Below are positions 18,177 through 27,354 of a stretch of DNA of 64,000 bases, piece after piece. The notes below the pieces were generated by a model that ran no database searches, had not been told where the DNA came from, and worked only from the letters and a program-made list of their open reading frames with translations. The position numbers and the translations under genes are program-made. Within the stretch, counting starts at the first letter, position 1; each line of letters opens with the position of its first letter. Source of the DNA: Ostreococcus lucimarinus (lineage: Eukaryota); the NCBI GenBank assembly GCA_000092065.1, contig CP000598.1; one strand, given 5' to 3'.

Positions 18177-19220
18177 ATGACCGATTCAGTCGCGCACGCC
18201 TCACCGACATGGAGAACGTACTCATTAAACCCGTCGCTGCAACCGGACTGGATGAACGGCACGGCGGAGGTAGAGGCGGTCAAAACAGCGGAGGATGATC
18301 TCGAGCGCTCGTACAAGAACAAGCCGTTCTTCAAGGACGCAAGCTACGAGGCATTCGCCAGACAACGAGACGAGTATGACAAACCGACGCCCGACGGCCT
18401 CGAGGAGTTCAAGCGCATCTTACGGTCGAATTATCTTCGCACCGTAGAGCGCATCGATAAAAATATCCAAGTTCTGGAAGCCCAGCTACAAGACGAGAAT
18501 ATCTCTGAAACGCGACGGTCGGTTATCCCGCAGCACATCGAGGACACTCGTGCGAAATTAAAAGAGCAAGACAATTCATTGAACGCGCTGTGCGCCGATG
18601 TGGATGCGGTTATCGCAGATTTGAAAGGCTTGCCCGATAAAATTGCCGACATTAAAGAGCGCGCCTCTGAACAACTTCAGCGACACAAAAGAAAAAGGAC
18701 TAATGCATCTTTGGAACGCAACCTCGAGGAGTTGAGCGATGCGTTGCGCAGCTACGAGGCGAAAAAAGAACAGGAGAGGCTCACCCTTTGTGAACACCAA
18801 ATTCGCCAACAGAATCTGCCATTGTCCCAGTATGTTCGCTACTCAGGGGGAGGAGTTATCGACGTTGTTCATCCTGTGGGTGTCATCGGCTGCGATGGTA
18901 GTAACCTCAGCGTTGATGGTCGTGGTGGTCGTGGTGGTCGTGGTGGTCGTGGTGGTCGTGGTGATCGTGTTCTTTCGGTTAATCGTCAACGTTACTTTGA
19001 AGTGCCACAATGGCGGCCTGAATGGGGACCTGAGAAGCAATTTTGTGCGTGCAAGAGCTTCCAAGAATGGTACAAAGTCGACGCCGGAGACCTTCTTTAC
19101 AGCGCGCTTCGTGGCGTAGAGGGCGCGCTAAAGGCGCTCAGTGGTTCGGGAGATGACACCTCTTCGCTTCGACGGCGCTTGGGCGATGCCAATTTGGACG
19201 AGGCAAGCACAGGGAGTTAA
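18177..19220 (+). CDS. Coiled-coil protein with an RGG repeat, paralogue of 15066..16181
   Basis: ATG verified. Shares the NYLR..ID...L..QL.D..IS.TRR block. DGRGGRGGRGGRGGRGDR is encoded by a GGTCGT-type microsatellite. Confidence 0.7.
   Translation: MTDSVAHASPTWRTYSLNPSLQPDWMNGTAEVEAVKTAEDDLERSYKNKPFFKDASYEAFARQRDEYDKPTPDGLEEFKRILRSNYLRTVERIDKNIQVLEAQLQDENISETRRSVIPQHIEDTRAKLKEQDNSLNALCADVDAVIADLKGLPDKIADIKERASEQLQRHKRKRTNASLERNLEELSDALRSYEAKKEQERLTLCEHQIRQQNLPLSQYVRYSGGGVIDVVHPVGVIGCDGSNLSVDGRGGRGGRGGRGGRGDRVLSVNRQRYFEVPQWRPEWGPEKQFCACKSFQEWYKVDAGDLLYSALRGVEGALKALSGSGDDTSSLRRRLGDANLDEASTGS
18918..18968 (+). repeat. In-frame hexanucleotide microsatellite (ggtcgt/ggtggt) encoding the RGG box
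   Basis: ggtcgtggtggtcgtggtggtcgtggtggtcgtggtggtcgtggtgatcgt read directly. Confidence 0.9.
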
Positions 19221-19276
19221 TATATGTGGACGTATATTTTGTTGTCCACGAATGGCGCGATATAGAATAACGATAT

Positions 19277-19504
19277 CTAGCCGCTCTCCACCGCCTCCAG
19301 TCTCGACACAATGTCACTGAGCTCACTGCGGAGTTCGTCGATTTGCTGATCTCTCGATGCAACGGCGGCCTCTAAATCGGCGATTTGAGCGTCGTGCTGT
19401 TGCTGTATGCGGTCAACTTCCTGTAATGCTGCGGTTGAGAGCGTTGAAATTGCCGATTCTTGGAGGTGCTTGAAATCGGTAACAACCTCACCGTAGACGA
19501 ACAA
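19277..19504 (-). CDS. Coiled-coil ORF fragment without an ATG (possible exon or relic)
   Basis: ..LQEVDRIQQQHDAQIADLEAAVASRDQQIDELRSELSDIVSRLEAVESG*. The track start is TTG and the frame stays open upstream into repeat 19507-19740. Confidence 0.3.
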   Translation of the reverse strand: MFVYGEVVTDFKHLQESAISTLSTAALQEVDRIQQQHDAQIADLEAAVASRDQQIDELRSELSDIVSRLEAVESG

Positions 19505-19506
19505 TC

Positions 19507-19740
19507 CGCGCCGCGCGCGCGCCAGTCCGGTGCGGGGTCGACCGAACTAGCCGTTGGTCGTAGTTTCCGACCGTTTGAATTTGAATTCGCTGCGCGCGCG
19601 GCGCTTGAAGACGACCGTTGGGGCCCAACGAGCATGTAAATCTTTGAGGCAGTTTTCGCCGCGCATGACGCGACGTGGTGTGCGTCGGAGTACGTCTCCG
19701 GCCGTCTCGACGGCGCGGAAAGGTTGCAAGAAGTCTCCTC
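19507..19740. repeat. Repeat Y, copy 1 (copy 2 at 62007-62240, same orientation)
   Basis: Shared: cgcgccgcgcgcgcg, ccgaccgttt.aatttgaattc, gtctccg.ccgt.tcgacggc.cggaaaggttg.aagaag.ct.ctc. Confidence 0.75.
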
Positions 19741-19758
19741 GACGCATTACATTAAATC

Positions 19759-19946
19759 TAGGGTTTAGAAATTAGGGTTTAGACATCAAAAATCGCCGAG
19801 GTTCCATCAGAAAGTTGTCAAAAACGTGGCTTTTCTAAAACTCGATTTTTACTAGGGTTTAGCGACCTCCGGTTTTTCGGCGGAGGAATTGCGTGCGGGC
19901 AGATCTCGTCGTTGTCGCCACTCGTCGACGCGGCGATGCTCTCAAC
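19759..19946 (+). promoter_or_regulatory. Telo-box 5' module, copy D
   Basis: tagggtttagaaattagggtttagac at 19759-19784, core AGGGTTTAG at 19853-19861, gccactcgtcgacg at 19917-19930. The upstream ATG of copies B and C is GTG here. Confidence 0.6.
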
Positions 19947-20767
19947 ATGGCAAAGGTGAAGATAATGCTAATATTGTCGATGGTGTTGATACTGCGCATG
20001 CCGAGCGCACTCGCAGGCGCACTCACACACGCACTCCTCCGTGTGGGTGGTCCACGTGTAAGGCAAGCTGTCGAAAAAGGGATGAAACAAGGCATTATGG
20101 ATTCGTTTCCAGGAGGCGTCCAGGACCTCCTCGCATACTTGCACCGCCACAGAGAGGACGAAATCAAACAGGAGTTTGGGTGCATGGCGCTCATGATCAT
20201 GTGCCGGGAAAACACTGAGAACAGACGCATCGCCGGAGAGCAGGGCGCGATCCAGGCCGTCGTGAACGCCTTGAACCGCCACAGAGAGAACAAGGAAGTG
20301 CAGAGGGACGGACACATGGCGCTCGTGATCATGTGCGAGGACAACACCGAGAACAGACGCATCGCCGGAGAGCAGGGCGCGATCCAGGCCGTCGTGGACG
20401 CCTTGAACCGCCACAGAGGGAACAGGGAAGTGCAGAGGGACGGACAACTGGCGCTCGCGATCATGTGCAAGGACAACACTGAGAACAGACGCATCGCCGG
20501 AGAGCAGGGCGCGATCCAGACCGTCGTGGACGCCTTGAACCGCCACAGAGGGAACAGGGAAGTGCAGAGGGACGGACAACTGGCGCTCGCGATCATGTGC
20601 AAGGACAACACTGAGAACAGACGCATCGCCGGAGAGCAGGGCGCGATCCAGACCGTCGTGGACGCCTTGAACCGCCACAGAGGGAACAAGGAAGTCCAGG
20701 CGAACGGGCACATGGCGCTCGCGAGCATGTGCATTAACAACACTGAGAACAGACGCATCGTAGACGC
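19947..20767 (+). CDS. ARM/HEAT-like repeat protein, probable exon 1 (the ORF itself continues to the stop at 20825)
   Basis: ATG at 19947 (MAKVKIMLILSMVLILRMPSALAG). About 4.5 tandem 44-aa units NTENRRIAGEQGAIQAVVDALNRHRGNREVQRDGQLALAIMCKD, which match the armadillo-repeat pattern. Confidence 0.6.
20110..20760 (+). repeat. 132-bp (44-codon) tandem repeat array inside the ARM-like gene
   Basis: Unit starts (aacac.gagaac) are at 20211, 20343, 20475, 20607 and 20739. Units 20343-20474 and 20475-20606 differ at 2 nt. Confidence 0.9.
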
Positions 20768-20817
20768 GTATGGGCAAACAGTTAGTTATTCTCCACAGCC
20801 TCCATTCGCGCGACCAG
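20768..20817 (+). other. Candidate 50-nt GT-AG intron joining the ARM ORF to the downstream ORF
   Basis: GTATGG donor at 20768 and CAG acceptor at 20815-20817. Removing it restores the frame (..RRIVDA|ALKDSGRSDDAQINALY..). Hypothesis only. Confidence 0.3.
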
Positions 20818-21832
20818 AGCGTTGAAGGACAGCGGGCGCAGTGATGATGCGCAAATAAACGCACTGTACGCGATTGCAAACGAGATGGCGCACGCTGTGA
20901 ACATGATCTCGATTCAAGGTGTCGCTGAAGGCCCGGGCGTTGAAGAACGAGTAAAACACACACAAGATTTCCTACAGCAACTTTTGTCGGACGTCGACAT
21001 CAAACTTGAGATCGAAGAAAAGCAAAACGCCGAGGCTCTGCGTGTGGTATTGCGAGTGCACGCGTATGGTCGTGCCATGAAAATTATCGAGGATCACATG
21101 CTAGAATATGCGCGCGCTGAACAAGTGGAGGAGCTGGCCGTGCTCGGACAAGAATCTGCGGCACTGTTAGAAGAACAAAACCTCCTTTCCATGGGTTTTG
21201 GCGTCAAGGAGCTGAATATGTCGATACTGGCAATCGACGCGGAGCATTTCACTGTGCACCTAGAGAAAGCTACTTCCCTGGACGAAGTCGGCAGTGCTGT
21301 GGCCATTCTCAACGCCGTCAATTCCATTGCAGTCCGTCATCTCGAGTGGAGAGATGCGAGCGTTGCAACTTTTAGCCACCTTGAAACCGAAGAGTCCATT
21401 GGTATTGAAGTCAAAATCAACAGGGACGTACTATATTCTGCTGCGATGCTTCTGAAAGATCACGAATCCCAGCTGAACCAAGAACTGGCGAGGCGCGCGC
21501 GCGAATGGAAGCTTCTGTTTAAGAATTTTGGAAAAGTGAAATTCAACCAGACGCTTGAAGAAATGGTTCAGGTGGAGCTCACCTCGCCTGAAGGCGCGGA
21601 CGCTGATTTAACACGCCGTGCTAAAAAATTTGTGGATTGGTGCGTGGAATCTTCACAGCAGCTGAGCCGAGGGGAGTTTAACCAGCGTCTTCCTGGGATT
21701 ACGGAAACGGCATATATCAGCCTAAAATCCCTCGCACAGAAGTCTGCCAGTTCGCTCGTTAAGATCGCACAAAAAACAGCTGCATCGAGGCGTAGCAAAA
21801 CAAAGACGTCAATATTCGGGTTTGCGCGCTAA
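20818..21832 (+). CDS. Domain paralogous to residues encoded at ~7640-8520 of the giant gene; probable exon 2 of the ARM gene, or a 5'-truncated relic
   Basis: INALYAIANEMAHAVNMI vs [53 protein letters not shown] vs [46 protein letters not shown] vs [11 protein letters not shown]. There is no ATG at its 5' end. Confidence 0.5.
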
Positions 21833-21904
21833 ATCCGCCAACCGAACGCCAGAATTGTTATGTTACGCTCGATGATAACATGGTTGGGTTGGGGCAAATG
21901 CCCA

Positions 21905-22124
21905 CAAATCAGCGTCAGGCGAAGGAAGACAGGTGCGTCTGCAAATTCCAAATTCTCGGCAGAACAAGTTCGTCGACTGGAAGAGCTCGGCCGGTTTGGA
22001 GACAAACCCGCCATATTGGAAGAGCACTTCGCTGCCTGAGGGTACAGAAGATGTAGCTAATCAGAAGCGTGCGACCGTTAAGACCTTGGGGATTCGACTC
22101 GCTTAAGATTTCGGCACCCTCGCT
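21905..22124. repeat. 3'-flank module, copy 2 (see 9500-9703)
   Basis: Collinear with 9500-9703 and carries the uninterrupted target sequence cttaagatttctccagaa at its right end. Confidence 0.7.
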
Positions 22125-22161
22125 TAAGATTTCTCCAGAACGAATCGTGTGAGTGAAGTGG

Positions 22162-22659
22162 TCAAGCCAAGCCACGCAACTCATCTACCGTAAATTGATA
22201 CTTGTCGAGACTGCGCTTCGAAGGCAGCGTGCCGCGCGCTCGAGCATTCTTGAGGCACGTCTTACGCAGTATTCTTTTCGCTTGCTGCTTGTAATAACTG
22301 AGTTGTCTGTAGTTACCATCGCCGCCGACCCGCTTCGGCGTATATTGAGCTCTGCTGTAGGCCGGACTCCCGTCCACGTTCTCGTGGCACGCGTGTTTCT
22401 GGCTGCGTCCAGCAACTCGGGAGTTGAATAAGCCGTCGCGCTTCTCTCTCATGTAGGCACTTTTACGTTGATGGAGCTCTCCAGCTGGAATGTCCTTTTC
22501 GAGAACTCTCACGTCCGCGTCGCCAAACTTGAAGATTGGATGTCGTGCGTATTTATGCGAGGCAAGGCGCGCTCTGAGCGAACCTGTCGTCGATCCGATG
22601 TACGTCTTGTTACATTTCGCATTATCGCTAAACATTTCGTACACGCATCCCGACGGCAT
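22162..22659 (-). CDS. GIY-YIG family nuclease-like protein (copy 2)
   Basis: Same 165-aa ORF as copy 1 with about 9 aa substitutions (for example CDK/CNK, FTF/FKF, DES/DGS). The frame is intact. Confidence 0.6.
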   Translation of the reverse strand: MPSGCVYEMFSDNAKCNKTYIGSTTGSLRARLASHKYARHPIFKFGDADVRVLEKDIPAGELHQRKSAYMREKRDGLFNSRVAGRSQKHACHENVDGSPAYSRAQYTPKRVGGDGNYRQLSYYKQQAKRILRKTCLKNARARGTLPSKRSLDKYQFTVDELRGLA

Positions 22660-23092
22660 TTGTCCTGATTACCTATCCATCCCTAAGAAAATATTGTTGC
22701 CAAAAGTGCTCCTCCTGTGGTTTGCAGTCACATTCGAGAGACCATAGGTACTCGTGTCGCTGCGTGGGGTGCAAGGTCCGGGGTGTAGATATCGAACCGC
22801 CTGATTTCACACCTGGACGTTCGTGATCCGACGAGACCTGACGAAATGACGAACTTGTTTTGTCGTCCCCAAATTCGTCAGCCCGTCGTTCGGTCACACT
22901 TTGTGTGTACCAATGATGAAAATGACGAAATGTTAAAATATTTTAATGTTTATTTTTATTTTAGATCTATGACAAGCAACAGTGTAGACCTTTATGAAAA
23001 CAGTTCGTCATTCGTCATTTCGTCAGGATCCAAACCATGGTCTTTTCGGTGTCTTGTTGAGTCTTCATATTGCAAATGTACGAATCACAAAA

Positions 23093-23611
23093 TTAGTATG
23101 AACACCAGACGACCGCCGGCGCGAGCTCCGTCTCCCCCGTGTACCCATTGTTCTTCAGCCACTCGAAGCACCCGTCGCGGTCAATTTCCCAATAGACGCC
23201 CTTCTCGTCCCTACCTTGCCTCAGGTGGTCCTCTTCCATTGGGATCCTGTGGCCCTTTTCCTTCTTGAAGAAGTCCTTGAGCTTATTGCCGACCTTCGTC
23301 GCGCTATCTTGGCCACGCGCAGCCGCTGGCAACCACGCCTGGTATTCGATGAAGATGTCACTGTTGCGGATTTTATTTCCAACCCACTTCTCAGGGAATT
23401 CAACAGTGACGCAATGCTCAAACCATCGAGTGAACTTGGGCATGCATCCACGCTTCATTTCCGAATACGCGTCGGTCGTAGGTCTCGTGCGCTCCACATG
23501 ATAACCGGTACGGAGAAGTTTATATTTATTAATTAAAGACTCGCGCGTGTTGGCGCTAAATGATTTTATTGCTGCCGAGAGACTCAAGTTTGGCCGTCGT
23601 TTGAGTCGCAT
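23093..23611 (-). CDS. Hypothetical protein (copy 2 of 11151..11669)
   Basis: Identical to copy 1 except for one substitution (EYQTWL to EYQAWL). Confidence 0.45.
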   Translation of the reverse strand: MRLKRRPNLSLSAAIKSFSANTRESLINKYKLLRTGYHVERTRPTTDAYSEMKRGCMPKFTRWFEHCVTVEFPEKWVGNKIRNSDIFIEYQAWLPAAARGQDSATKVGNKLKDFFKKEKGHRIPMEEDHLRQGRDEKGVYWEIDRDGCFEWLKNNGYTGETELAPAVVWCSY

Positions 23612-23688
23612 CGATGGGTCGCGCCCGCCGATATAACGCCGGCGTTTCGGACACGATCTTGAAAACAAGCACTGGTTGACTTGATTGA

Positions 23689-26220
23689 TTAGGAAACCTT
23701 ATCCGTGCCTTTTACGCTGAGCCCGGTCATGGACGGCTTCGTCGGCATGGTGAACGCGGTGTAGTCCGCCGCCGTGGGCACCGTGATGCTCGTGTCGTAC
23801 GACATCCCGGAGCACGCCGACGCATCGGCGGGAGCAAGCATTTCGACACCACTTTCGAGTTTCAAGACGTACCGGTCGCCAGTCGATGGTTGTTTGAACG
23901 TGGTGCCATCGGGGATCAGGACATCCGGACGGCGATGGTAACCATTGTTGTCGTCGCACTCCTCGTTGCCATACTGGTCGACCTCGGGCGCCGCGCGCGA
24001 ACCAGTCATCGGATTGAAGCAAATGAACGGCGCGTCGCCCAACCAACCGCCTTCGTAACGCACGTTGAGATTCACCCCGGAGTAGTCGGTACCGGATGGA
24101 GAGCGCAGCAACACGGCGTCCGTGGGTATCTTGCCTTGAAGCTGGAGAGGCGCATCCATGAACTTCTTTGACGCGGAGTCCGAAGGATCTTCGAGCCACG
24201 CCATGCCCTCCCAATTGCTTGAGCTCCACTCGTAGTGCACATCCAATTTGTTGGGTTCCTCGCAAACGTCGGTAGTGGCGGTGCAACTCAAAGTGTCGAG
24301 GTTCGCAGGTGTAGCTTCGAAGAGAACCATATGAACTTCTCCCGAGTCAAAGAATGAGTTGGTTGGGTCCATTACGACTTCAGCGCCGAGGGTGCCGGAA
24401 ACGTCTTCCTTCAACGAGCCGGTATCTTTGTCGAAGACGTACTTTTTATAAGTGCTTCGAGCGTCGTTGTATCCGTTCGGCGAGCCGTAGAACTGGCTGT
24501 CGTGACTGCTCGCACTCGATAGCTTCGTCTGGTCGATACACCGCTCGCCGCACGTGAGTGCGAGGTGGCTGCTGAGCGACCCAGGGGGGACGGTTTGCGC
24601 GTCAGACACTTTGAAGTGCGTCAGGTTAAGCAAACTCGCAGAGCCTCGGCCGAAGATGCTTCCCCAGCAGCGTATGATTTGGTTGTCAATGTCAGCCATC
24701 GTGAGCGCACGCGGAGTCGTGATTGAGTTCGTGTTCAGCGATCCACCGTTCCAAGTTCGCTTCGACGACAACACGAGTGCGTTCGCGTCGGAGTCATACC
24801 TGAACTTGACCTCAACTTCTGCAGCGTTAGTGTCATCCCAGAACCAGCCTGTGATCGTCGCCCCTTGGTAGTCGCTTGCGCTTCGCACCGTCGCCGTGAA
24901 CTTGTACAACACCCCGCGTGAGACTTTGAGCCTCTTGTTCACGTTCAGTATCGGATCATCCCAATCGACAATTTCCTCTACTACGTTCCCGTCGGTGAAC
25001 GCGGTTTGAGCGATAGTCTTCTCGGCGGTACTGAGCGCGGTGTCGGAAATGTAGTCGTAATCGGAAATGTAGAGATTGCCCGGATAGTGCAGATCAGCAT
25101 TATACGTCTTGCCGTCGCTGCCTGTAGCCTGAAGATGCACGTAGCTTTGAAGGTTCACCTTCGCCCCGTTGCTGTCGTACGCGCCGTAGCGCTCACCGAA
25201 GAACGATCTGTTCTCGAGTTCATCGCAGAATGACTGCCCGTACGCCTTCGTCTTGACGAGCGTAGCGGTAGTCACCAATTGACCCGCTTGTGTCGAACCA
25301 TTATCAAAGTCGATGGTCTGGAAAGAGGCCTTCGTGATGTCGTTTTCTGCGCGCGATTTAGCACCCGCGGTGAATGAATTGCTGCCTCGTGTCACCTCTT
25401 CCCACCACGTGACCCCGGTCGCCGTGCAATCCGAATCCGCGTCGGTGGTTTCGCACTCGCGACGAACCACACCTTTGATGCGTTGGGACGCGGTCGAGCC
25501 AGTCGGCGATTGGTACGTAAAGGTAAAGTTTTTCACCAAGATTTTGTCAGACTTGATGGCGACGTCATCGCGCTTGACGATCATTTCCGTGTCGATGTTC
25601 GGCATTTCTGGGGTATCGCTGAGGGCTACCCAGACGTTCGTCTTGAAATCACGGGTATCGCTCGCGTCGTCGATGTCTGGGCCCGTGGCGTTGACGACCC
25701 AACGGTACGTAACCTTACCCTTGATTCGGTCGCCGTCGCTGTTGTCACAGTGGAAAGGATCGATCTCAGCGATGTATGGGCCAGTGTTCAGGTTCGCCGT
25801 CCAGTTCACCGAGGCGACGTAGCAAAGAACCATGTTTGGTATCTGGAAAATTTCGGTACTTACAGCGTCGACGAACGTCTCCGCCGGCGGCGCCGTGGCG
25901 TAGTCGGACGTCGAAGAGAACGAAGACACTTCGAGAGGCGTCACCTCGACGAGCGAACGACCATCGATTCGAGACGAACCAGAAGACGTCGTCGAAACAC
26001 CCTCTGACGGGATCATGGTGACTTTACGCGGCGTCAACGCCGCCTTGAGCGCGTTCGTCTTCGCCGCGCCCGACAGCCCGCTGACGGTGGTCGGGGTCGG
26101 GGCCGGGGCCGGGGCCGGGGTCGCGTCGTCATCCCTGAGCCCGATGCCGAGGCCGGTGCCAAGGGCGACCACCACGGCGGCGACACCAACGATCGCGATC
26201 GCAACGCCACGTCTCACCAT
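23689..26220 (-). CDS. 843-aa membrane-anchored protein (copy 2 of 11747..14272)
   Basis: Identical peptide apart from one extra PA dipeptide in the linker (APAPAPTPTT). Confidence 0.75.
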   Translation of the reverse strand: MVRRGVAIAIVGVAAVVVALGTGLGIGLRDDDATPAPAPAPTPTTVSGLSGAAKTNALKAALTPRKVTMIPSEGVSTTSSGSSRIDGRSLVEVTPLEVSSFSSTSDYATAPPAETFVDAVSTEIFQIPNMVLCYVASVNWTANLNTGPYIAEIDPFHCDNSDGDRIKGKVTYRWVVNATGPDIDDASDTRDFKTNVWVALSDTPEMPNIDTEMIVKRDDVAIKSDKILVKNFTFTYQSPTGSTASQRIKGVVRRECETTDADSDCTATGVTWWEEVTRGSNSFTAGAKSRAENDITKASFQTIDFDNGSTQAGQLVTTATLVKTKAYGQSFCDELENRSFFGERYGAYDSNGAKVNLQSYVHLQATGSDGKTYNADLHYPGNLYISDYDYISDTALSTAEKTIAQTAFTDGNVVEEIVDWDDPILNVNKRLKVSRGVLYKFTATVRSASDYQGATITGWFWDDTNAAEVEVKFRYDSDANALVLSSKRTWNGGSLNTNSITTPRALTMADIDNQIIRCWGSIFGRGSASLLNLTHFKVSDAQTVPPGSLSSHLALTCGERCIDQTKLSSASSHDSQFYGSPNGYNDARSTYKKYVFDKDTGSLKEDVSGTLGAEVVMDPTNSFFDSGEVHMVLFEATPANLDTLSCTATTDVCEEPNKLDVHYEWSSSNWEGMAWLEDPSDSASKKFMDAPLQLQGKIPTDAVLLRSPSGTDYSGVNLNVRYEGGWLGDAPFICFNPMTGSRAAPEVDQYGNEECDDNNGYHRRPDVLIPDGTTFKQPSTGDRYVLKLESGVEMLAPADASACSGMSYDTSITVPTAADYTAFTMPTKPSMTGLSVKGTDKVS

Positions 26221-27354
26221 CGTCGCGCGTTGAAATGCGGCGACGACAAGTGGCGACGGTGACGCGATCTGCCCGCACGCAATTCAATTCCTTCGGGTCA
26301 CCTTATCTTTTGGAGCCCCGGAGATGCGACTGTTTACCAATACGATGGTTCCCTTTTTTCGGTCGCGAAAGCGCGCGGTCGCCGGGTCAACCAACACCTT
26401 CATCTCCGGGGGGGATCGGAGATTGTTTTTTACGGTCGCGCGCGCGGTCGCCGCGGACGCCCCCGCCCTCGTCGACGCCGCGCTGACTGTCGCGCGCTGA
26501 CTGACACGCGCTGACCGACGCGCGCGCGATCGAACGCCGCGAGTGGGGAAAGGCGAACGCGCGACGTCGTCGCGCGCGCCCCCGCGCGTCCCGGACCGAA
26601 CCGCGCGTCGTCGTCGTCGCCGTCGCCGTCGCGCGCGTACGCTTCGGACCGCGAAAATCGTTTTTCGTCGCGGGGGGACTGCGGTGCGGGTCGTCTCACA
26701 CTTCGGGACGCCGACGATGGTGTCGTCCGGCGACGCCGACGTCGACGACGCGGTCGAACGACGCCATCGGCGCGGTCGCGGTCGCGCCGTTCGCGATCTT
26801 CTGCCGTCGTCCTCGGCGGCGCGCGCGAACACCGTCCCGCCGTTTGAAGCAACCGGTCGAGGCGCGCTCCCGAGGTGGTTTTGCAAGAGCTGTCGGAAAG
26901 CGCTCGACGTGTTTCGTGATTTCGACGGGGAGCTGAAGACGTGTCGACTGTGTTTGCGCGCGCGCAAGAAAGACGCGAAACGCAAACGCGCGCTACGGCG
27001 GGCGGACGCGAAAAGGTCGGGCGACGGCGACGGTAAAAAAGGCGCGGCTTCGTAGAGAAGCCGAACGCAGGGAACGACGACGAGTCGCGGATGCGCGCGA
27101 AACGATCGATCTTTGATTCGACACGCCTTCGGTATAGTAGTGTGTTTTGCTCTGTAGCCTCGCGTGTTGTAACTACCGTTGTACATTTACATCAATGCGT
27201 CGTCGCGTTCGCGGCGATTTTACGTCGTCGTTCGTTCGCGACGCTTCGTTGGACATGGCGCTTCGACACAGAAGAATCCGACGCGCGCACAGTCCGTGGT
27301 GTCGCGCGCACGTCATCGCACACGTCTCATTTCTTATTTCTCCGCTCCAACTCG

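Larger units (their letters stand above)
22125..26353. repeat. Segmental duplication, copy 2
   Basis: See 10191-14406. Differences from copy 1: about 25 substitutions in the first ~550 bp, an 8-bp indel near 22716, 2-3 substitutions around 23.3-23.45 kb, one 6-bp GGGGCC gain, and small changes in the last ~40 bp. Confidence 0.95.

Noticed and set aside
1206-19861. True telomere or chromosome end
   Set aside because: The TTTAGGG-type repeats occur only as 1-3 units, are degenerate, and are embedded between genes. This is interstitial telomere-like sequence, not a terminal array.
19859-20963. Minus-strand ORFs of 299 and 331 aa across the ARM-like repeats
   Set aside because: This is the same repeat-mirroring artefact. 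The plus-strand peptide has the armadillo-type periodicity and continues from the conserved 5' module.
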